Assembly (NCBI GenBank): GCA_965644295.1
Contig: CBFFRP010000404.1
Span: 1 to 64,000, forward strand
DNA: 64,000 bases
DNA from: Paraphysomonas bandaiensis
Taxonomy: Eukaryota; Protista; Chrysophyceae
Direction of reading: 5' to 3'
The notes under the pieces are model-generated. The model saw only the letters and a list, made by a program, of their open reading frames with translations. It was not told where the DNA came from and did no database searches. Both the position numbers and the translations under genes were made by a program. This document shows positions 37,502 through 48,700 of the stretch, piece by piece. Position 1 is the first letter of the stretch, and each line of letters starts with the position of its first letter.

Positions 37502-40045
37502 TCAAGTCGATCTATATATATCGTCCATAGTGGGACCATAGTCATTGGATCTTTGATGTACTACGTAAGTCTCACGCTGACTATCCTTCTTACTAAACAT
37601 GTTCGAACATAAGTACAGTACACAAGCTAGCGCAAAAGCGGCCACAATAGATATGACAACAGCCAGAGTCACTTCCGAGGAGAGACTACTGCTTTCCCCG
37701 CCTCTGGTTTCATAAGCGACACGACCGACTTCACCGGATAGAACGAGAGCAAAGGGTTGAGTTGTCACTAACAAGTGTGCGCTGACTTTGACCGTATACT
37801 CCGCGTTTCTAACTGGATGAGAGATGTCGACTACCTCAACAGTGTTGAGTCTGTCGTATTTTCCTTCAGAGTCAGTTGTCACTAATGGATAGAATGAGTG
37901 TGTAGAATTGTAAATCTCCAAGTCTAAATCATTTATTAGCACTTTCGAGGCCCCAATGGTTCCATACATGTCCTGTCGAGTAAAAATCAGAGGTGGGTAC
38001 AAATGCTCAAGTTTGCAAGAATATACCGTATACACCAACGTTGCGCGTATGGGTTGGAGGTTCTCCGTATCTGCTGTTGTGAAGACTATTTCCTGGTATT
38101 CAGAGGTATATGTGAGCTCGGCATAATGTGCACTGTTACTATTGGATGCGCCCAGCACGAATAAAGTAAGGCCCTGAAGCGACGAATTTACACCAAAGGA
38201 GAGAACAGTATCCAGCTGTGCCCGCCCATATCCTTGATTAAAATCTCCCCTCTCCGTTGACTCAGTAGTCTTATCATCGTTTACAATGAGTTCCAAAGGA
38301 ACAGCACTATGCACGAGCATTGCTTTGAGCAAAGCACCCGAGGGTGAAAAGCCGTCCTCCAGAGAGGCCTGCCCTGTGGGATAATACCCTGACATAAAGT
38401 ACTCTCGCACAAGTGCAGCGTGCCCTGCAAGCAGTGGACAGGAGTAAGAGGTACCCCGACCAACAACTAAGTCGCAGGTCGACTCTCCGGTGTATGGATA
38501 TTGTTCGGCTGCGTTCGATATATAATACCCTAAGACAAAAAGTCAAGAACATTGTATAGCCATATAACTCACTAACCCACGCCACACACATCAGGTTTTA
38601 ATCTCCCATCGGACGTCGGTCCTTTAGATGAAAATCCTGCCAAGGATTTCTGGTTAAAATTACGTCCAGACAGGTCATAAGCATTCCAGCTTCGACCAGC
38701 GTTGAGACTCGCTCCAGCTGTAAGTCCGCTCTTACATGTGCCTGGCGACCCGACTGTATAGCTTCCATCCTCCCCGGAGTTCCCTCCAGCAACAAAAACA
38801 ATGGCATCTGAGTGGTCCCACATAAATACATCCAGATTTCGTGCATCAGTTGTGTACGTGCTGGACGAAGAACCCCAGGACATACTTTGCACTCGTGCCC
38901 CAACATTATAGAGGGGCGAGAAAAGATCTGTGTCAACGTTGGGGGGTATAACCAGTGCCCCATTAGAGTACCCTGAATAAATCATAAGCAAAATAACTAC
39001 ATGACATCACAACCCAACCTATATCGAAGAAAGCTATTTTGCCATTGAAAGCAGCACCATTATAGGCCTCGTATCCGTCAGACCGTGAGCATTTCCCCGC
39101 TGCTACGCCCGACACAGTTGTCCCGTGCGATGCTCCATCCTCGTTGTCCACGTAGGTATCATAATAAACTACTTTTCGGTGGTTGTAATTTACAGTATCA
39201 TATGGAAAAGGTGTATTTGGGTCGAAGAAAAAGCAGGAGTATGGGTCAATACCAGTGTCAGCGATTCCTATTATCTCTCCTGTTCCGGTTAGATTAGCCG
39301 CATGAATGGTACTATAACTACCAAGTCCCGATTGTAGGACGCTATTCGCCCACTTGCTATGCACCGTCATGGCTGGCCTATGCTCCACCCACTGCACCTC
39401 CGAGAGAGACGAGAAAAAGTTCACTGCATCCCACAGTCGAATACACTCCACAGATACAGCAATCATGCTCTGTTTTTCGCTTTCGTTATTCGAGTGGAAA
39501 ACCTTAAAATCGTGCGATTGCAGGTTATTCGTAAGCCATGAATTTATCTTCTTCTTTACAAACTCCAACTCCTCAAAAGAAATGGCAAAAAATGAAACAT
39601 GTAAAGTTATTTCCGCTTCCCTTTCACATATATTTGTATCGTGAAGTGCCTTATCAACTTTGAGCTGAGGTAAAACGGGTGAATAATCTACAACTGTCTC
39701 TGTAAAATGTCGAGCTAGTGTCTCCATTGTATCCTTATCAGCATAGAGTACAGCATGATTAGTATTAACAATCCCATAATGACTCATATCTCTATGACGA
39801 ATGAATGTCATCACTTCATCGTGACAGCTCTTCTCACACCCACTCGTATACTTCAATACATATGGATGCTTGTATTCACGTGATATAGATGCAGTGTAGC
39901 TTCTGAGTGTGTCGTCTAATTCAGAGTCGGATGTGAATATCTTCTCAGCTCGACAGTTAAACAACTCTTCCCAGTTAGATATAGAGCGCAGAGCATTACC
40001 TGTCAGCAACACTGATGCAAACACAGTCAGCAGCAGACTCGGCAT
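37502..40045 (-). CDS. S8 subtilisin-like protease (KP-43/TagC-like), signal peptide + prodomain + C-terminal TM
   Basis: Catalytic triad IADTGID, SHGTTVSG and GTSYSCP; also GGNSG, FSSKGPTSDGRLKPD and QGYGR; TM LAVVISIVAAFALACVLYL. Introns 38973-39018, 38530-38576 and 37973-38026. Confidence 0.93.
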
Positions 40046-40440
40046 AGCTGATACACTCTACGATGGATCTCTCAGGAATAGTCCTGTGCTGCTGAACATA
40101 TAAGCAAGCTCGTAACCCGCCCAACCAGCCCAGTGCGTGTACAACAGATTCATATGGACGTATACCGCATGTACAGCAGTATCAAGTACGTACGTTTATA
40201 TGTATGGTAGGTATATGCAGCAGGACGACTATGTACTTGGTATGTACAGGAGTACCTATAATGAGGTAGGTACGTACGTAGGTACGTAGGTAGGTACATA
40301 TGTATACAGTGGGAGGCAGGTATGTACTGCTGTATGTATGTTGGTAGAGGAAGGAGGCATGGAGGCAGCCAGGTGGGTATGATTCTGCCTGGACATGTTT
40401 GTTCATACGTGGTAGTTAGTGTCATTCTAGAGGCAGCGAT

Positions 40441-41418
40441 ATGAACCACACCAAGAATATCGTAATCACCGGTGCATGTCGTGGTATCGGCAAAAGTCTT
40501 GCCCATATACTCGCCAATAGCGGCTATAGCTTAACTCTGGGTGTATTGGATGTGGAGAGAGGCAGAGCAGTGGCGGACACTATCAAACAGAGTTGTCAGC
40601 ACGATAACGTCACCATATCCGTCGATCACATTGATTTAACTAATTTCAATAGCATTCGTATGTTTGCTAGTCACATAGACGCCTGTAGTGTGCTCATCAA
40701 TAATGCCGGTGTGATGAACGGCAGTCTGCATAAGAGTAACGGCATTGAGAGCACTATGATCACTAACCACTTCGGACCCTTCTTACTCACACGACTGCTC
40801 CTGCCCACACTATTACAAACCTCAATGGATAGTAAAGAGGTGTCCAGGATCGTTAATGTAGCCTCTGCTAATGAACAAAAGGCAATGGCTTTTCCTGGGG
40901 CTGATCCTACTGGCAATTCCGCAATAAGAGGTGAATTACCTGATTCGGTTTCGTTTCAGAAAGGGGCAACTGATAAACACACATTTTATGGTTTATTATC
41001 GGGTACGTCGTGGATGACTGAAGGCCCGCAGCCGTACTTCATGCACACGGCGTATGCGAACTCTAGTCTTTGTATCTTATTGTCGACCTTTGAGCTGTCG
41101 AGGCGTTTGTCTCGGCTCCCTCCCTCTCGAGGTAAGGTAACAGTTAATGCTGTGTGCCCTGGATATGTGAATACTGAATTGTGGAAAGACTCCCGGGTAT
41201 GGAATTACCTCAGATGGGTGCTACTAAAATCTCCTGATCAGGCGGGTGCAATGATAGCTGAATTTGCCACCTCGATGCAGTATACCGATACTACAGGTCA
41301 GTTTTTTAGCAGTATTGCAGATACGAAGCCTTCTCGAATGGCAGATTCAGAGGAGTTAGCTAAGTTAGTTTGGAAACATAGCAGCGAAATTGTCGAAGTA
41401 CCAGAGAACTTGGTGTAG
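40441..41418 (+). CDS. Short-chain dehydrogenase/reductase, RDH12/WWOX-like, atypical active site
   Basis: Motifs TGACRGIG, LINNAGVM, TNHFGPFLLT, RIVNVAS, AYANSSL and NAVCPGYVNT. Single ORF. Confidence 0.92.
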   Translation: MNHTKNIVITGACRGIGKSLAHILANSGYSLTLGVLDVERGRAVADTIKQSCQHDNVTISVDHIDLTNFNSIRMFASHIDACSVLINNAGVMNGSLHKSNGIESTMITNHFGPFLLTRLLLPTLLQTSMDSKEVSRIVNVASANEQKAMAFPGADPTGNSAIRGELPDSVSFQKGATDKHTFYGLLSGTSWMTEGPQPYFMHTAYANSSLCILLSTFELSRRLSRLPPSRGKVTVNAVCPGYVNTELWKDSRVWNYLRWVLLKSPDQAGAMIAEFATSMQYTDTTGQFFSSIADTKPSRMADSEELAKLVWKHSSEIVEVPENLV

Positions 41419-41897
41419 TTGTCTTCTGTGCTTTCCACTGCTATAATAAGTAGGGTAACTATGTTCATATTGTTTCAAGTGAGTGTATACATCTTATGTT
41501 TTATACTGCATAAAGCATCATTGTGATGGGCTTCTTTTGATACACTATTTCGCTTGCATGTTATGCCAGTTGTTGACAACGGTGTAATGGAGGAATACAT
41601 ACTCGTTGACATCACGTAGCACATGAGTTCATATTTAATATGAAGTATAGAAAAAAGATAGCTTATTGAGCTATATACAGAGAAGATAGTACTCTGAGCT
41701 ACGAGACAACAAGTCTAGACTTAGCGATGGGAAAATAGGAACACAGATATAGAGTTCTAGATGTAGCAGACTTCAAGAGTAATAAGTTACGATTGAGTGT
41801 TGAGATTTATTGGAAAGCTTTTTCTTTTCACTATCACCTGTACATATGGAAAAGGAGTATAAGACAATCAATATCTCTTATGATGATGCTGAAACAC

Positions 41898-42100
41898 CAG
41901 AGCTGTGTATGAAATAATTGTCAATTACTTGACGCAGGTTGTAGTCAATTATAATTGCAATTTTTACTTGCTGTCTCAATTTCAATTATTTCAATTAATT
42001 GAAGCGGGCTGGAGTCAATTATAATTGCACTTATAATTTGATATCCCAATTTCAATCATTGCAATTTCAACAATTGGCAATTAATTGTTACGCAGCCCTG
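41898..42100. mobile_element. hAT-derived MITE (203 bp)
   Basis: TIRs cagagctgtgtatgaaataattg / caattaattgttacgcagccctg. Flanks TGAAACAC and TCAAACAC give a 7/8 TSD match. Confidence 0.85.
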
Positions 42101-42290
42101 TCAAACACCTGTAGTCGGGTCAGAAGTAAGTCGTGTGTACAAAAGGGATAAGCTAAGCTACAGAATATAGAATAAACTAATTATGTTGCCTGTATACACT
42201 GTATACGTTACAGTAGCAATGTGGTGATGTTATTCCAGAAATTCCAAAATCATATATTTGTTTAGTTCGCATAAATGCAAAACTCCTAGT

Positions 42291-42410
42291 GTGAAATTCT
42301 TATTATTAGCAATAGGCGTCAAGGATCTGCGCCAGATAAGTAGCTAGAAGGCTAGAAGGGAGAAGATCTCTATGGACGTGAGACCTTGGAGTGCAGCTGG
42401 GCTTCACCAC
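42291..42410 (-). mobile_element. Short internally deleted copy of non-LTR-type family
   Basis: gtgaaattcttattattagcaataggcgtcaag..gataagtagctaga is joined to agggagaagatctctatggacgt, which is also seen in the 15.3 kb copy. Confidence 0.7.
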
Positions 42411-42795
42411 TGTATTTTCTATCATATCAGTAGTAAAAATAAATACTGTATTCTCCAAGGAAAACCTTAGAAACGCAACTTTTAATAGCTTACAATGAGA
42501 AAAAGTCAACAATCATGAAGAATGCCACACATGTTGAATATTAGTCTGATGAAGTGCATGTGCACGAGCTTATCCGAAACTGACATAAATAGGATGGTTT
42601 GAAAGTTTTTTGCTATTTCAATGACAAGTATGTTTCTTTCAACGACAGCAGACCTTGTTTGCGAATATATATTAAGCCAAAAGCCGCAAATTGCTTACAA
42701 AACGAAAGTGTTATATTATTATGATACCAGATACTGCGCGTTTGAAAACTATATATCATATTTTATCATGTTCCTATATTCGAACCATTGTGAAA

Positions 42796-45700
42796 TTATT
42801 GACCTCCAGCAAGAAGCAAAGCAACACCCCGCTTCGTCCAAAACTCAGATGAAAATCTACCACATCTCAGCTCCACAGTGGCAACAAAGGAAGGTCGTTC
42901 TCTTGTACCCGTTCGAACGGGGTACATATACAACGGACAGCTATAAAAGCCTTTGGCAGCTTTCCGTTTGCCCTCTACAGGCTTGAAGTGAATGATTGCC
43001 ATTGGTGATAGCAACTCCATTGGCTTTGGCTCTTCCAAGAATCCACTCGAAAACTGCCAACAAGCTCCTTCAACAAAGAGTCCACTAATGTATACACCTT
43101 CCTTTGGTGGAGCTGTTATTTGATTCACATCATTGTGGGACAGGACAGGAAACTCCCAACTGAGAGCGTCAATAGCTACCCCATTAGCCCGAGCTGATGT
43201 CTGCAATATAGCAGTGAGAAAACCAGTAGGGTAAGTAAATCCTGGTAACCAAAACTGTTTCGGTAACTCATTTTCTGACCATTCACGGAAGAGATCGCAA
43301 CGTTGATTCAGATCTCTCATCCAAGAACCAAGGGGCTTAACACTAGGATACGTTTTGCTCCACGGGCGAGGGACACGGAGAGTGGACAATGCATCCATTA
43401 CTTCTTCAAGTTCAGGTGTGACAGCAATGAGGCCTTCAATTGCTTTTCCTATTCCTTTTAGTGTTGAATGAAGCTTACCCAGGAGGAGGTTATATCTGTC
43501 TAATTCCTGAAACAACACAGTCTTAAGAGGTTCTGGATCAGAGCGATTTTCCATCTTCTGTTTAATTTTCCGAGTATCAAACAAATCAGGTGTTTGTGCT
43601 AATAAATCGATACACTGCTTAGCCAAAGGGTCTTCCGCATTGTCATCCGTCGTCGAAACTGCAGCAGGCTGTAATGACACCAGCACTTCTATCAATGCAT
43701 TTGCATCATCAATTTGAGAAGAAATATCAGCATTGGGGTGCTGTCCAAAGGCAGCAGGATGATCATTGGCCGGCATGCTGCGAATGAAATCTTTATAGTG
43801 CTGTAGCTCACCATCAGAAGGAATGTAATAATGCGGTAATTCGGAAAGTAAAAAGTTGTCAGTGTTAATAGCTGCATCACAGAAAAACTCTCCTATGTAA
43901 ACATTGACAAGGCGCCTGTCCCAATCATCTGTTACACGTCCACCATAGTTCGCTTCTGCAATAAGGTACTTCATAGCGTCAAATGGAACCTTGTTGGGAT
44001 ACTCATCCAGAAAAACAATGATGAGATCGTGGCAAATAGCAAAGTCAGACTCATTAAAGTCATAGGGAATATTAAATCCCAGCGATTTAAACTTACGTCG
44101 CTCCAGCAATATTGCATGGAACCATACCAGTGCAAACAAAAGTCTTCTGTATGCCGATTTCTGGTTGCATCGATGGAACTGTTCTTCTCCTATCGTGTTG
44201 AAAAGTGTTTGTAAGTTCGCTCTGAGCCCACGAGGAGGTTCAGTTGTCATTTTAATTCCTCGCTGCAGAACTGTTATAGGGAATTTCGGGTCTGGACTAG
44301 ACGACAACCACAACCTGAAATTAGGATGAGGATTTCCTTCGATGTAAGACTCGATCATTTTTTCAAGTGTTGGCATCCATGAGAGCATAAGATGACAATT
44401 AGCTAAGAACACCCAACTACCATTGACCAAGCCATCATTTACCATTCTAACTGCTGTTGGCGCCTGACCTTGACCAAGTGCGCAGTTATCGACATGCATA
44501 CCCAACTGGGCAGCCAACTGGAATATACCCGCGGTTGGATCCACACCAGGTGAAAGCACAAATATTAAAGGAGTTTTGGAATTGCTGGTTTCGTACACAG
44601 CCTTCAAATCAAAGTTCGGTGGATCTACATACTCTGCACCAATATTATTCGATATAAATTTGGCAGCAGCAAATTGGACCCGATCAATTCTCAGAGCACG
44701 AAGCAAACACAGCTTTTGCATTTCCGACGCTTTATTTGACCAGTCTCCAGGGAGCGGCTCGTCTTCAGGTTTCCCAGACAAGTACCACGCCTTCCAATCA
44801 CGTTGCATTTGTTCAAACGAAGATGCGATACCCTGAAACCCAGGTAGTTTCTCCAGTTCTGTCACACTATCCCAAACATCAGCAGGAAGCCACTCTTGCC
44901 CGGGATTGTTTCGCTGAGCTGATCTGTCCACTAGTCCAGCCCCATAAGCAAAAAATGTAAATTCGTCTTTTGGAATTGTTCCAGAGGCCTCCATAATCTT
45001 AAAACACAACTGTAGTGAGAAAAGCAACTTATGAGATTCGAACAGTCCGCGGCAAGTGTATTTGTAGACAGCAAGCGTATGTGCTGTGTTGATGTCATCA
45101 CAACGTTTGGCAACAGGCATGTCAAAATTATCAGTTCGACTATTTTCGATCGACATTATAAATAGCGTCACATAAGCATCAAGGGAAAACTGATACATAG
45201 GATCCACACGCCCCATGTCGTCGAGAACGAAGTAGGCCAGTGAAGCACGAATTGCTGCAGATCGGTATCCCATACGAGCTGCATCAATTTTCTTCTCCGT
45301 TTCTTCGGCCACTACCAGCTGCTTAGTGACATCCTCTGCAGTAATTTTGGATTGTTGGAGTGTGTTTACTAAGCCCTCATCGTCTAACAAGGAGCCTGTT
45401 GACTCACTCAATAAACGAAGAATCTCATCTTCCAAATCCGTGAGCTGACGTTTACCTGATGCAACCAATATAGTGAGTTCACTCTTCTGCTTTTCCAAAT
45501 CTGGCTCCTCTTTCTGAACTACAATTCCAAGAAGTTGCGCCTCCAGACCAGTTTTTTTAACAGCAAAGTTGACAACAGTAGCTTTCGTTGAAATTTCTGG
45601 TGTATAATGAGGATTCGCAAGTTTCGTTGTAATATACAACTTAAAATCAGGAGAGTAGTCTAGCTCTTTATCTCCGATACGCATGATTTCCCTGTTCCCA

Positions 45701-48700
45701 ACCTTCAAAATTGACTTTGATAGAACCGGCTCAAGGGCAGGATCAATTTCCTCCAAGATATCCTGAAGCAACACTGGAAATCCATACTGCACGGCATTTT
45801 CGACCTCTCTCAAAAACCCAGTCATTTTCAAATCAATTATTCGCAAATTACTTCCTTCCATATTGCGTATCCATTTGTTGGCCTGCCCTTGAGGGTCGAT
45901 CATCAGGGGCCATCTGTTGCCCCGGGTAGATATAACCCCATTTTCCGTCGAAAAGTCATCCTTCGGAAGTCCTTGAATATTCCAATCTCTTACATCTGTG
46001 GGTTTAGCAAGGAATGACGTAAAATCAAAGCTTTCAGTGACTGGAATCTTTTGAGTTTTCACTGAGTTCATCCAATCCTTCATAAGAGAGCTACGAAAGC
46101 TCGTTTCAAAAGGTCCAGCATACGACAAAAATGCGGCTCCAACCAAGGCGTCACCCACAACTTTGACAAGAGCTGTATTGAATCCACCGATACTGGACTG
46201 CCAACGCACATACTCTCCCGCTAAACCATTCACAAGTTTGTCGGCGCGGTCAAGTTTCGCCTCTAGACCCTCTGCTTCTTCGCGCAAATTATTCTTTTCA
46301 CTGACACTATTATCATACATTGTCTGAAGATCAGCAATCTTTTTCGATACAATTTCAAGTGCATCTTGGGCATCTTTTAAGGAAGCTTGCTTTACAGCTA
46401 AGGAATCGGTTGCTTCCTTTAGTCTCTGACGCTTCGGTGCTACCTCCTTCGCAACATTGGCATATATGTAAATTGCATGTACCCATACACAGAGTGCCGC
46501 AGCAGCTCCCGACACCTTTTTGACCTGCTCAGGTTCAAAAGTAGGGTTATCGATATACTTTTTGATTTTATTGCTGACAGTGTTGGATACATGATCCTTG
46601 TCGTACGATTTGATTTGCTGCAAAAAGTTCGCCTCAGACAATACTTTCTTAGCGGTTGCCCAATCAGTTGGCTTGCCGAATAAAATCATAACAGCTTGCA
46701 TAACAGTTTCAACAAGCGCAGGAGGTTTGCTATAGGCTTTAACCTCTGAAACAGAACTTTTGTCGAGCTTGTCTACTTCTTCCATAGCTTTCTCCAAAGC
46801 CGGAAGAGCAATTGCTAAATCAGCCTCCGCATCATCCGAAATGGCTTTGCATTCTGCAGCCTCAAGTGCAATTCTTTCAGAGTCAGCTTCCACATTTTTG
46901 CGCTGTTCGTCTGCGACACGTCTCTCACTGACAATCTGGACAAGAAGATCTTCGCAATCCTTTTGTGCTTGTGCTACAACAACTTTCTTTACCTCCAACT
47001 CTTTCGAAAGTGTCTCTACCTGCTCCTTAGCATCTTCCAACTTAGCCAAACCATTAGCAAGCTTGCTCTGTTGTCCACCCAGTTCACCCGATTTTTCAGC
47101 AAGAAGTGACCGGTAGCCTTTAACTAGCTCTAAGTAATTAGTAGGAGTGACGTAGTTAGGGCGTTTGAGCTGTAAGAACATTTTAGACGACGCATTGATG
47201 ACGCTGATATGCATATCAGCAAAAACTGCTCCAATTTTAGATCGATAAGTTTCATCATCGAAAGATACTTCCGCCAAAAACCTCTCTGCAACCTCTTGCA
47301 ATGCCTCCGCAGGCCAAGTGTGAAAGAAATCAATTGTTGTACAATTAACGAGGCCGGGATACATGCGACAACGATATCGAAGTGTATCACCAATGGGGCT
47401 CATAGCAAGCACAACATGAAGATTAGAACGAACTCTATCAATAAAGAAATTCCACAAGTTTTCAGGGGTCTCATCTAGACCAGCCTTGACAGCTGGTTTT
47501 CTAACGGAGTCCATAATAGGGCCAATTTCGTCTTTGGAGAATAAATTGGGCACGGTTCCACTTGAGAGAATGTTGTTAATATCTTCGAGAAAGCTTTCTT
47601 CCTTTATTTGAGTATCGTTGAACAAGAATACCACTCTCTTATTATCACAGCCAGCCGTCATGTATAACTTTTTGATATCTTCTCTAAATTCGAGTAGCCT
47701 GTAGTTCTTGGATATCTCAATCGAAAAAGTAACCATGCCGGCAATGAATGCAGAAAGCCGACAGAGTGACGATCTTCCACTACCTCCAACTCCAATAAGC
47801 ATGGTATTACCGCGGGGCTGAATAATTACTCGGTGTATTCTACAAACATGAAGAATAGCATCTTTAAACATTGCTAAATCCATAGGAATTAGCTTTGGCT
47901 CCATATTATAGTCCTCTAATTTCTCTTCGACGAATAACCTTATCTTCTTCATGTCAGTTATCTCTTCGTAAACAGCCTCGCCATCATCCCCAGCATCCTG
48001 AAGAATAGCGCAAAAGACGGGACCTACCCTTGGGTCCACCGCTTCAGACATAACAGATCCCCAATCTTTCTGGAATGTCTCCTGCATTTTAGCGCCCAAT
48101 ATATCACGAAATTTCTGTTCATCATTAGTCTTCGAACGAACAAATCTATCCGCAAATACTCGCTGACATTCATGAACCCACAACCGTAACATAGCTTCAA
48201 CGCTGTACACAGTGGCCTTGGAGGACATTAAAACACCTTGAATAACTTTGGCCACATCACGCAAGTTAAACATGTAGTGAAACTTCTCAGGAGTTGCTAA
48301 AAAGTCGGCAGATACGGATTTGTAAACCTGCAAAGTCGCAACAGCGATTCCAGCAGATAACTGTTTAATTTCATTGTCAAAAGAGTTAAACTTTGAACCC
48401 AATATGGCATCAAATATACGAACAACTTGCGAATCAGCTGGGAATGTTAAGTTCAAAACCGAAAATCGAGATTGAGTACGTTGGCAAATTGGGTTTCTCC
48501 CTCCACCGGGGGGGCCCATTGCTGCTATCAATTGACAATCCAAAACGTACTTCCACGAACATTTGACTCTATCGTACCACCCACCATAGTCAAGCCATAG
48601 CCTTATCAGCTCAAGGGGTGGCTGGAATGGAGATTCTATCGATGTTAATTTCGGCATATTGAAATCATCGATAAATACCACCATGTTCTTTCCACCTTGA

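Noticed and set aside
42540-42610. CTGATGA...CGAAAC hammerhead-like core
   Set aside because: Stem II does not close next to GAAA and no stem I partner was found.
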